Assembly (NCBI GenBank): GCA_048013815.1
Contig: CM106586.1
Coordinates: forward strand, 11,532,001 to 11,596,000
Source: Setoptus koraiensis
Lineage: Eukaryota > Animalia > Arthropoda
Direction of reading: 5' to 3'
DNA: 64,000 nt
Made by a program: the position numbers and the translations under genes. Numbering within the stretch: the stretch's first letter is position 1; every line of letters starts with the position of its first letter. Of the stretch, positions 22,446 through 33,955 are shown one piece after another. The notes beneath the pieces are model-generated. The model was not told the origin of the DNA. It did no database searches and saw only the letters and a program-made list of their open reading frames with translations.

Positions 22446-23828
22446 GATATCCAACTGTCTGCGTATTCTATTGGAGTAATTGATGTATTCAAAATGAAAA
22501 CCATTAATCGATCTGTTGATCCTCGAGTGCCCTTATTTCATAGTAATAGAGCGAGGATTGAAATACAGATAAATATCAGACAGCAACTGAGTGCTGTCTT
22601 TATTAGAACTGCCGAATTAATAGCTCTAACGATCAAAAGTTTATTAATCAAAAACCATGTCATATGATATGCGTCTATGGTAGAAAACGATTTGCAGCGC
22701 ACTTGATTCATTTTTCTACAGACATGGTGGCCATTCGATTCATGAACGGTTGCTTCTGACTAGGGAATGAATTAAAAAAATCGTCCGCGAACTTCAGAAA
22801 TACTCACAATCTATGATCAGGATAACCTTTCGGGAAATCATTGTAGTAGAGACTGCCATTTTTTTGCTGACTGGGATGATTTCTTTTTCTCAACTGAAAC
22901 CGTGGCTTTTACAATTTTCTTGCCTTCGATTCACGACAATGGATAATTTCAATCATTTTAATCGTGATATTATGTGAAAATTCTTAGTAATTGTCCGTAA
23001 AGGCTTTTGTTCATTCGAATGAGAGAAAGATGGCATCGATTGTGACGGTTTGACTGAAACTGCGTGTAGGCACGCTCAATCGGGATAAAACTCTCGCTTC
23101 CAACATTCAACTACCTTCGAAGTCGTATGTATGAATATTTCGATTTTTTATCTGGATCATGGTTTGATTGAATAAGAATTGACTAGACCAATGATTTTTA
23201 TTGGTACAGTCTATTGAAACAGACCAATGAGCGGCAAGTTGAAATATGAAGTGTCCGAACAAAGTCAAGAAAAAATCAAAGTTCAGAATGCAATTGGTTC
23301 TACTAGAGGGTGGTCGAATGGAAAAACAAAAAACTCTAGCGGACTTCATAGGTCTTCTTCGTGTGTCGTGTTAACGAGTATTCCTGCATTTGTAATTGAA
23401 TTGAAACCCAATTTGCCGCCTAATCAATAGGTATCTCCCGTCGGGGTCTATGAAAATTTTGAGCATTGACGTCAGACTAAACTTAGCACATCTCTCTCCA
23501 TGTCTCAAATCCTTAAAAAAAATATCTCTACTATCAATAGTGCACGAAACAACACAATTAAATCTGCTGATATGCTAATGAGCATATTGTAAGTATTTTC
23601 ATTTTCAAACGATCTAGTTCAAACGATTGATATTTAATCCGATGAATCGTTCTCTATAACATACAGTGTCATACATTGAATATGTTCAATTGTCTTATTT
23701 GGTCCTGCTTGTCCAGAATCAGTTCTAATTCCATGGTGGGATTTACGATCATATCAAGCAGAATCTCCCCTAGCTTGTGACTTAAGCAGTACAAAATCTA
23801 ACTGTTGAATGCTGGAGCAATGGTTGCA

Positions 23829-24175
23829 TCAAATTCGCTTGAATGTTCCGATATAAGCACCACATTGCGGGCAGTAATGATCCACATCCAGGCAAGATTT
23901 TACCAAACACGGAATACAAGCGCAACACGTACCTAGACAGTGGAATCAGATTCGAATAGGTTAGTATTTTGCTGAGAATGATATAAAATGAATTGGAGGA
24001 ATGCATCATCTTTTAGAAACTTACAACAGAACATGAATATCTAACCACCCATTAGAAAGGCGAGACCGCCAGGCCTGAGCTCGATCTCGGTCATAATGTT
24101 TTGCTCACAATTTGGACATGTGTAGAGCATCGGGTGTTTTCCAAGTTGTATTGGAGAGTATCTTGCGGAAGGCAT
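23829..24175 (-). pseudogene. LITAF-domain gene (exons 24175-24025, 23932-23829) with an in-frame TAG at 24041-24043
   Basis: LGKHPMLYTCPNCEQNIMTEIELRPGGLAFLMGG*IFMFC/CTCCACIPCLVKSCLDVDHYCPQCGAYIGTFKRI*: CxxC, hydrophobic segment and HxCxxC. It could be functional if a weaker upstream donor is used. Confidence 0.8.
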
Positions 24176-24831
24176 CTTGAAATGGACATCTAACTTAAAT
24201 TAGGTGTGTCGTAGGCTTCGGGTTCGGACTTTGTTCTGGATTTCGTTTGTTGTTCAGTATAACGCTTCGCATGGGATTATCACTTATAATTTGATCGGTT
24301 TAGCTGTTTAGTGTGGTATCTACCACAATATCCGCAAAATGGTTTGAGTGAATGGAATAAATTCAAACTCAATGTCTATAAAATTAATGTCACATGAAAT
24401 TAAAAAAATGCGCCCCCTTCCGGCTATAGATTTTTTTCAGCGTGAGGATGTACTTATTTATGTACAATGTGTATGAACTTTGTGCCCCGTTCATGAGCTC
24501 AACAGATATCAGCTTTGCGAGGCTCATGCTACACTAAATAGTACAGTGCACATTATTTTTTATTTGCAATATTACAATGCATGAAATGACACAATCTTGA
24601 CAGCCCTTGGCGATGCTAAACAGAGAGCGAGACTAGTGCACGCAAGTTAGTCAAACGATAACGTCGACTCGAGCCTGCATAGATAAACGTTTTAAGAAGA
24701 AACCTACGCCTCACCTAAATTGGAGGGCGTTGCGATAGCGGTTTCACCGACACTACCAGCCAATGGATACGCAGTCGGCCTAATATGATGAAACACTGAC
24801 AGAGATAATTCGAGACAGATTATTTGATAAC

Positions 24832-25230
24832 ATGGACGAGTCTTATATTGATACTGATATTATATTAGTCTTAGCAATTATAATTGCATTAGTTGTTTTT
24901 TGTATAGTGTGTGTAGCGCGAGTAACGTGTTGCACGCCCGATCCGAGTGATAGCACCCACATATTAGTTGGACCAGATCAAGCAGCCATCAAGGGTGCCC
25001 GAATGTCTCCGCGCTCGCCGAAACTCTCTGAAAAAGCATCCAATTCGATTTTGTTAGAAAAAGGAAAGGCAACAAGGGACGAGTCGAAAAGAGTAATCAT
25101 CTTTAACAAAGACAATACCAAGCTAGAGCCAATCGTGCCGAAAGGATTGAAGACACCCCTCGAGGCCCTTGATGGTCCCGGCTCTGTAGAGAGTCTAAAA
25201 TCAGCTAGGTCTTTCAGAACGAGTTCCTAA
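24832..25230 (+). CDS. Small single-pass membrane protein of unknown function, 132 aa
   Basis: ATG, strongly hydrophobic N-terminal helix followed by a Cys cluster (FCIVCVARVTCC), Ser/Pro/Lys-rich tail. Confidence 0.65.
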   Translation: MDESYIDTDIILVLAIIIALVVFCIVCVARVTCCTPDPSDSTHILVGPDQAAIKGARMSPRSPKLSEKASNSILLEKGKATRDESKRVIIFNKDNTKLEPIVPKGLKTPLEALDGPGSVESLKSARSFRTSS

Positions 25231-25420
25231 AATTTGACGATGATAAACCTTCAAGAGACAAACTCTGTTCAATGCTCGAATCGGTTGCAGTCGCTAATTA
25301 AAATTCTCTTTTCGAGTTATTGTCAATGTTATTCTTCATCTATCTGTACATTTACAATTTATTGCTTGTTTCTCCACTGAATAGCTGCACTTCTAGCGGA
25401 TTGTTCCACCAAATTTTGAA

Positions 25421-27653
25421 TCATCTCTCAAATCCTTGCACCAGTTCAACAAATTTATTCTTTGATATTATCTTACCAGCAGGAAGGCGACTTAATTTAA
25501 GCACCCTGTTGACATCTATTCTGGCCCGTTGAGCGGCCAAGTCCTTGGCGTAGGGCAGATTCTCATAAACTGCGCGCGTGAACCAATTCTTCAGATTCTC
25601 TATTACGTAGTCTGATGCGTTCCAGTTTGCGATCGTGGTGTTTTCCGAGGCAATTTCCAGATAATTTAGTTGTGGTTGTTCAAGATACGAAAAGTTAGCA
25701 TGTGGCGAAGAGCAAGAAACGACAAAAAGAGAGTGGCCTGAATCTATGTACTCACCGTAAGAGAAACTTGTGGTGGGAAAACAATTTTTGTCAAGATTTT
25801 CAATTCCCAATAGAAGCCAAATCATCAATTGAAACTGTTCAAATGTGATGCAGATGGATGCCTCATCTTCGGCCGAATTAGAGCTGTTGCCAGACGAATT
25901 GAGCGACGGTGTCGGACTTACGCTGGCTTTTTTCGGACTGCGAACACTCTTGGCAAGAATCTCATCTAAATGATTCATTGTTAAATGCCGCTGATCCTCT
26001 GATTGTTTCAGGTTTTTCTCGTTGTTTGCTAATGACTTAGCAGAGTCGTGCTGCTGATTTTCTCCTATAGATGACTTGTTGGAACCATGCTCGTTGTGCT
26101 GTAACGATGATTCTGGCCCCTGTAGCTGCTGGGCATACTGATTGACCTCAATCATATTGGGTTGTTGTTGCTGTTTCGGATGATCGTTCTGAATGTGAGT
26201 GTTGGAATTGGCGTCGGTGACGGCGGCGGAGATGGGACTGGCGGATTCGGTAGATGCAGCACTGTTGGACGGTGGCTGAGTTGATTGGTATTGCGACAAT
26301 CTGTTCATTAGAGCCATCAATGTCATGCAGGTGAGTATTCGCTTGGCTATATTAGATTCGCGTACATCACATAGGACCATCACTATCAATAGATTTAATG
26401 CATTGATTGTATAGACATTGTCGCACCTGAGTGACTTAATTAGATAGTCCATCACTGATGTCGCTACTATTTTGCTGGCGTACATGGTATTAATATTGAG
26501 CAATCGGACAAATTCAAGTCGACTACTAACCTCTGTCAACATTTCGTATTCGTCTAAATCGTATAAATGTGTCAGAAAATCTTGCATTATCTGCCCCATG
26601 GCATCAGGCACTGTGGGTGTTTTAGGATTGTCCGTGTAGCTAGTGAAATCATCCTCATCTAAAGTGCTCAATTCATCTGACAATATTTGAGCCTCTTGCA
26701 ATAGTAACAGTTCCCTCGGTGGTGATCCTTCTCTCATTTTGAGTCCCATTTCAATGTGCAAAGCATAGCCCAAGCGAAGGAATCTCAGACAAGCCAGACT
26801 ACGAGGCAAACGCAATTCTGTCGCTAGTTCCATTAACTTGGCGTCGTCAAACGAATACCTGGACATGGGTAGGGCCAGTTCACGGCTGAATCTTTGTGCA
26901 ACACGCCGGGCAAATATCTGACAATTCTTACGTTCGTTCCGTTTGGGTTTGTGGGCAGGCAAAATGGTGACTTTTAAATCTGTACGCCAAACACAAAATG
27001 TCAACACAATCAATTGCCACGCTCTGAAACCGCCCACCCATGTCCAGGTAACATTATCTATGTATTTATCATTTAATTTATATTCTACTTTTATTGGTTG
27101 CACCGTTTGGCCTGGAATGAAGGCGCCCGTCTTAAATTCAACCAAATGTTTGCCATTTGTACAGGTGCCTTCGGGATAAATGAGAACTTTTTGATATTTT
27201 GATCGCTCTCGAATTAATAAGCGCGATTCGGATCGCGATTTTGCATCGTCGCGTTTCACTAAAATTGGATCGCACATCATCAACAGGCAGCCCAAAATTG
27301 GTAGCCTACTATTCTCGTATCTAGAGGCCACAGTAACATTTCCGTAGAGTTGCGACGCAACTAAATAGGGAACGGCGTCCCACACAGATCTGTGAGGTGC
27401 GGCCACCAGCAATTGGGCCGTCTTTTCCACTTTCGAAGCTAGATTATAATCAAATGTATATCAAGATATAAGCAGATAATCGTAAGCAATAGTTAAGACA
27501 CTGACTCCTATTGAAATTGATGTCCTTAACGAACGGGTTTATCCTCATCTCAGATAAAGATATATCGGGCATTATCCTGCTCATATCTCTGACGTACTCG
27601 TACGAATCGCATGTGTCCGGACCAATGTGGTCCTCTTCGTCTGTAGCACCCAT
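25421..27653 (-). CDS. Lysophospholipid acyltransferase (LPCAT-like); proposed exons 27653-27506 and 27438-25421, 5' end uncertain
   Basis: NPFV motif, APHRSVWD (HxxxxD), YPEGTCTNG, FKTGAFIPG, VQP. Long C-terminal region with a Q/N/S-rich insertion. Confidence 0.8.
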
Positions 27654-28340
27654 GAGGCTTTTGTTCTTTCTGGAATCCTCTGTTAGACCTGGTTGGAGTC
27701 CCGGTTCATAACGGGTATTTGAAAATACCTGTTATTGGGCGTCATCAGGAATGAGGTTTACCTTGTAAAGACGAATCTGTTTCGACCCGTGAACCAACGG
27801 AGCGGATCAGGTTCGGTTCTTGTTCAGATTCTTCATCCAGGTAAGAATACTCGCTTCGGATTCCCGGCTACCGCTCTAGTCTAGACCATGGTTTAAATAA
27901 ATGTCGGTCGGTTTTCATTGCTAATAAAAACCATTTAATCCAGAAATTCTAGTCAGCCTAATTCAATAAAGCCAAGAAGAAATAAAATCATTCGAACCAA
28001 AAAGTAGAATTTTCTTCATGGTCTACAATGTGAACTCTGCATGGAAGCCAAAATCGATTCAACACAAGGAGATCCGATTACAACAGTACTGTTGATCGTT
28101 GTAATTCAACTCAACGGCCGACGATGACAAATCAAGCATGACCCGCGTGACTCGTCATTGCGGCACTGCCGGTATTCAGAATGAGAAATACAAAGAAAAA
28201 GTATAAGTAGCGAAAACAATATAAGATAACATGAAAGTAAACAGCATCTATTAATCAAGCTGATCATATGAGCAAACTTTTCCACCTTGTATTTTGTCGT
28301 GATTGGCTATTTTTATTGTCATCGATTCATATGGTCTGAC

Positions 28341-29651
28341 ATGGTTACTAAAGGGACAGTCAAACGGGCGCCCAGCTCAGCTGGGAGACAATCGTCTAGG
28401 GGAAAGACACAACAGCCTGGAAAAAATGTCGCTCGACTAATTGCCACAGTAAATAAGGCTCCAACGAAGACGCCTGCCATGAAGAGTAACCCAATCATAT
28501 CGACATTACATACAAGCAAATTAACGAGAGATGGCCGACGAACGCCGGAACAATACAGAAAGAACGTATTGGCTGTGTCATCGCCGTCACAAATATCATT
28601 GAAATCACTCACTGAACACTACAAAATACCTCATTCAAAATTTGAGACAGCAGATGATGTTTTCACTTATAGGGGCTACAAGAAATTAGCCAAAATAGAC
28701 GAAGGGGCGTTTGGAGTGGTGAGTAAGGCATTGAGAACGGGCGATAATCTGATTGTGGCTGTGAAAGAGATTGATCTAAGTAAGAAGAAAGTAAAAAGAA
28801 TTATAGAGATGCGTCGCGAATTGTTTGTGTTGCAAAAAGTGAATCACGCTAACGTGGTGAAATTAATTGAACATTTCGTAGTGGATCAGACACTAGTGAT
28901 TATAATGGAATTTTGTGCAGGCAGCAATTTAACCAGTTACTTGAAGGACAATCCTATCGATGAGCAAGAGACGAAGGGTTTATTCAGACAGATGGCATTG
29001 TCGATAAAGATTTTGCACAGAAGAGGCATTTCGCATAGGGATGTCAAATTGAACAATTTTCTACTAGACGCTTCAAAAAAACATTTGAAAGTGGGAGATT
29101 TTGGTTTATCGGTTGTGAGCTACAGAAAATCGGTCGGCATTCTGACGGCCAAGACCTACTGCGGCACTGAGCCCTACATGGCACCGGAGATAATGAAAAG
29201 AAACTCGCTCGGAGTCCGTTGTTACAATCCTATCTATACAGATATATGGTCGCTAGGCATTTGTCTGTATGCAATGCTCTCTAGAACGTTTCCGTTCAAG
29301 GTAAAGGCAAGCCAAGAAGAAATGATTAGGGCGCAGACCACGCGGAAATGGAGATTTCCCCGTAGCATCAGAAATAACTTGAGTGAAGAACTCAAGGATC
29401 TTGTATGGCACATGCTAGACCCAGAACCTGAGCGAAGGATATCCATCAATGGCGTTGTGTCGCATCCCTGGCTTATTGGTGGAAAATTCGTTGAATTTTC
29501 ATACGACGAGGAACCGCCAACTCATTTCGCCGATTCGCAACAGCAGACGTGGTCGTCGGTATCAGGCTCGCCAACATTTGGGTCTCCAAAATTACCGGCC
29601 TCAGCAAAAAAAATCCAATCATCTAAGCAAAAAAACACCGGTTTTGTGTAG
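28341..29651 (+). CDS. Testis-specific serine/threonine kinase (TSSK)-like, intronless
   Basis: EGAFGVV, VAVK, HRDVKLNN, DFG, TYCGTEPYMAPE, Y.P..TDIWSLG. First ATG at 28341. Confidence 0.85.
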   Translation: MVTKGTVKRAPSSAGRQSSRGKTQQPGKNVARLIATVNKAPTKTPAMKSNPIISTLHTSKLTRDGRRTPEQYRKNVLAVSSPSQISLKSLTEHYKIPHSKFETADDVFTYRGYKKLAKIDEGAFGVVSKALRTGDNLIVAVKEIDLSKKKVKRIIEMRRELFVLQKVNHANVVKLIEHFVVDQTLVIIMEFCAGSNLTSYLKDNPIDEQETKGLFRQMALSIKILHRRGISHRDVKLNNFLLDASKKHLKVGDFGLSVVSYRKSVGILTAKTYCGTEPYMAPEIMKRNSLGVRCYNPIYTDIWSLGICLYAMLSRTFPFKVKASQEEMIRAQTTRKWRFPRSIRNNLSEELKDLVWHMLDPEPERRISINGVVSHPWLIGGKFVEFSYDEEPPTHFADSQQQTWSSVSGSPTFGSPKLPASAKKIQSSKQKNTGFV

Positions 29652-29897
29652 CATCGTGCTGAACAGAGATCGTTGAATCTTTCTATCGACTTGCCAATAT
29701 TCGCTCAACCGAGTGTTCGTGTTTAGCATACACTCGGTAGCGCTTTAAATCACAGTCCACTGTAGCCGCAAGCAAATAGCATATGTAGACTTCCGCAAGT
29801 TTCTATACTTGCTATCTGCGAACAAGGGATACATTGAAGATTCATAACAAAACTCACCATCGTGTAATCCAACGGATAATAATTCTATATAACTTAC

Positions 29898-30098
29898 AAC
29901 TTTGTGCATCAAGTGCCAGATCAAGATCTCGTTTGTGAAAAAGTTTGCGAAACCCGCGAATGAATTCTGAAACCGATATAAAACGCTGAAGTAATTCGAA
30001 AACATCTGAGAACCTATATGCTTTGCGCGAGAAGCCCACGACCAACAAAGGTACGGTTGGAATACCGTAATATTGAACGAAAGCATTGTCGATCAAAT
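29898..30098 (-). CDS. Isolated candidate coding exon of an unidentified gene
   Basis: Open 201-nt phase 1-1 segment between ctag and gtaagt (LIDNAFVQYYGIPTVPLLVVGFSRKAYRF...). It may splice to a terminal exon at about 29745-29817. No family recognised. Confidence 0.3.
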
Positions 30099-30282
30099 CT
30101 AGTCTGAAATATTGTCAGTCCAAACCCATTTTAATCACTGCAGGTCCATTTTCCATTATACAAGACAGTGGTTTGAATCAAAGGTAGAAAAAACGATCAT
30201 CTCTAGCGAGTGCAAGTGTAAAAGCCATGAGATGAAACCAGAAAATGATGGATGAGATAGAGTAACAGGTTCGTCTAAATTA

Positions 30283-30389
30283 GTGTGCTGGAAAAAATGT
30301 TTTTTACCTATATGTAATAAAGTAATGTAGTAAAGTTTTTGCCCACTTTTTGCCATTCTGGCAAAAAGTTTGAGTTTTTTCCAGCACAG
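30283..30389. mobile_element. 107-bp MITE with TA target duplication (Tc1/mariner-type)
   Basis: TIRs gtgtgctggaaaaaa and ttttttccagcacag (14/15 match), TA on both sides (30281-82, 30390-91), internal 11-bp hairpin 30345-30369. Confidence 0.65.
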
Positions 30390-30751
30390 TAGTCTAAATG
30401 AATGCATGTAGTGACTAATAAAAAATCACATAGCGTCGCTAAAAGTTGAGTTATTGAGTTTTCGGAGGCACAAGAAAGGATTTGTATTTATCAATTCTTT
30501 TTTACTGAGAGTAGAATGATTATAACGGAGAATTTTCGATCGATGGTCGGCTATTTGTTTTGGCTAGCGGGATGGGCTAGAATAATAACTTCGCTCTATC
30601 TTTCTCTGTATCTATATATATATCTCGCTCCCTCTCCCTCTATCCGACAAAACGTAATATGATACAGGATGTAAATGATGTTATGATGACAATAACATCA
30701 ACAGCATCCATAAACGTTAGCCAAAACATGAAGCTAAATCGCCATAGCATT

Positions 30752-33700
30752 TTATGTGAGTTCTCGTTCAAGCTCCTCAAGAGACTCGATCTGAGATGGA
30801 AACAAAATCTTTCTTTCTATGAGAGGTTGTCCGTCCCAACGAATAATAAAGGGGTTATTCGGATTATATGGATCCACCAATGTATTTGTCTGATATTTTA
30901 TAGAATCTATAACTATAGGATGCTGGGCTTGAAATGAAGGATTATTCAACAAAGTCTCTAATGGATCCATCTTTGCCCAAACTTTAAAACTGGCCATTAG
31001 AGCTGCACTTGGTTCATCGGTAAAACTAATCTCGTCCTCAGATACACTATTTAGTATATTGGCTAAAGTCAATGGTACACCACTGGGTAGTTCTCCATTG
31101 ATTAGATCATATCTCTGTTGATCAACAACACTATTAGCAGCGTCTGTATTGATAATATCGTTGTCTATATCCTCAGTTTCAGACGGTAAACTGGCCACTG
31201 TGTTATCCATTGAGTCAATGTACTGAACTTGTCCAGTTTTATTCAATTGATTAATCTCTAGACCAATACCGGAAATGTCCAATTGACTCTGCATATTTAA
31301 GACAGAATTGGTTTGTGTGGGGTCGCTGGGCTCTAAATCACTAGAAGCTTGACCATTGTCGCTGTCTTTCATTTCTGCCAATTGCATATCTTGATTGCTT
31401 GATGTCTGTCGCTTGTATCGTTTAGCAACGGGCGACGGTGCAACAAGTGAATTAACAGTACTGCCAGCCACATTGACTGGATTGTTGTTGTAATTGTTCA
31501 ATTGCTCTTGTAGCAATCGTTGATGTTTTTGTTGTTCCTGTAGGGCATCGTTCATTAGTTGATTGTAATATGTGGGATAAGTAATCATATTGAGCGGCAT
31601 ATAATGATACGGAGGAGTTTGCTGATAGTTTTCGGGCAGATAAATGGCAGGTTGCGGGGGATATTGGGCATAATGTGGATATTGTAGTTGCGTTAGTGCT
31701 TGAAATGGCGCCGATGGCTCACTATGAATCGGAGCTTGCTGCTGTGACGGATGATGGCTGATGTCGTCCATGCCCAACTCATTGTGATGAGCTACGCCCA
31801 ACCGGATGGCCAATTGATGCGTTTCCTCGCTGGGATGATCAAGGTCCTCAAGATCGGCATGTGTTTCGCCACGGGCCGCTGATCGAAACGTAGATGCCGG
31901 TTGACCAACTGGATTGTTATGATTAACTTGATTGAATATGTTTTGGTTGGCTCTTGATGACAGTCTGTCCATGATTGTTGCATCATACAATGAGCGGTCA
32001 TAATCATTAGCCAGTCCGTAGTCGTGACGATCTCGCTGATGCTGCTGCCTGAACTGACTGATTGAATCCTCGATGTAGCGCAACAATCGATCACAGTTGG
32101 AACTCTTAGATATCATTGGAGTGTCTTGTATTCGAAGCTCGTGGTCTAGTTGTTGTTGTTGTTGTCGCTCGTTGTAATTCGCCAGCAATAAATTGCTAAG
32201 TGGCATCCCACTGTCGTAATAGTCCAATGAACGCTTCTTTCTTCTTTTACCAACGGGGCTTGGAGCAACATTAAGCGGCGGTGCTACATTATTTGCTTGA
32301 TTTGTTGTTGCCTTCGTTGTGGTTGTAAGTGCCTGCATCAGTTTTGTTTCACCGTCATCATCTTCATATTCTTCGCTTGCTCCACTATCATCCTCGATTC
32401 CTTCTTCTATTTCTTCTTGTTCATTTAACGTTGTTATAAGAGGAATGTCTAATTTAAACTCGGCACTCTTCATCACACCACCCTTGCCATTTGCCACCGG
32501 CAAAGTAATTGACTGCTGTTGTGGCTTTGGGGCAATTGTCACAGTTGTCACCACTTGTGTTGTTGTTGCCGTTTGTACTGGAACAGTCGCAGATTTAATT
32601 GGTACAGTTTTCTCGATTGTCTTGATTGCCGATTGTTGACCAGCAGACGTCTCTGTGGCGGAAGCTTCTGACAAGGTGATCCTCTTCACCTGTTGAGAGT
32701 TAGAATTAGTACCTGTCGATGCAGAGCCTGCTGTCGCAAAAGCACTTCTACCATCCGCTGATACGCCACTGGTGACATATGGTTTACCCACTGTAGCGCT
32801 TGTCTGTTGTTGTGATTTAGCCAAGTTGTTCGTTTTGGGGCCTGTTTCGAGCTTCTTAGTTGTTGTAGTGGTTATTAATTCATTTCCTCGAACAACGCTA
32901 TTTATTGCGCTAGATTCAGAATTTTTTTGTTGTGCATGACCATCATTAGTGTAGTCAGCCATGCCTAGGTCGCTCAATGTTGTCAGTCCAGAATTGATAT
33001 CTGTCAGCGCCTGGTTAGAGGAATCCGTCAATAAGAGGGTCGTGGGAACATTTTCACTTAACTACAATCATGGCGTCCATTGTGATTGTTTGTTTTTCGG
33101 CATGCGTACATGACACACAAGCATGTTTTTAAATATATGCGTGTCAATTAGATTTTGATTAAAAAGTTTTGAATTAGTCAAACAATAATGAAAATTTCAT
33201 CATCGATGTAATGTATTAGCAGTGTTTGCCAATCATTATCATTGTGCATTAATGCGTAATACTATTACGTAATCTACTCAGTGTAAGTATATAGATATGT
33301 TCTATTGTACCTGCCTATGGTATTGCTTTCTTATTATCATTAATCTTTTTTGTTCTCATTGTCAAACAAACACTGTCAGAACTGTTTTCATTGTTGCTAT
33401 TGTTATCAATTATTATTCGTCATCGCTATTGTCTACTACCTCCTCGCTTTCTGAAATTACCTCAACTATTGGCATTGATGATTCTTCCACTATGAGAGTC
33501 GGACTATTATTATTACCATTATCTTGCGTCCCAAATTCAATTCCTTGATCGTAATAATCCAAATCCGTTGGTTGTTGTAGTTCTAAAAATTGTTGTTTAA
33601 CTTTTCTGTTATTGTGTCTGTTCCGATGTTTCCTCGCACCTTGTGTCGCTCTTCCTGTTTGCAAAGTCGCCGATTGTTGACCACGATTTTGTTGCTGGCG

Positions 33701-33894
33701 ACGATTGTTCATGGCAGCCGATCTAGATTTGTTTCTATTGCCTTTAGCTGGTGCCTTTAAATTGTTTGGGGCCAGTTGCGGAGGTTGAGGCTGTTGCTGT
33801 TGTTGTTGGTTAGCAACGACACCATTCTTGCGTTGTCTCATCTGTGTCGATATTGATTGTGTGTGTGTGTGTTCGTGCGTGTGCGTGTGCGTGT

Positions 33895-33955
<61 letters not shown>

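Noticed and set aside
24041-24043. Idea that TAG is reassigned to a sense codon (in-frame TAGs in LITAF and upstream of ORF 12730-13335)
   Set aside because: TAG is the normal terminator of the TSSK, ABCG and NOS-like genes in this window.
30156-30407. 83-aa minus ORF
   Set aside because: It runs through the TA-flanked MITE and has no coding signature.
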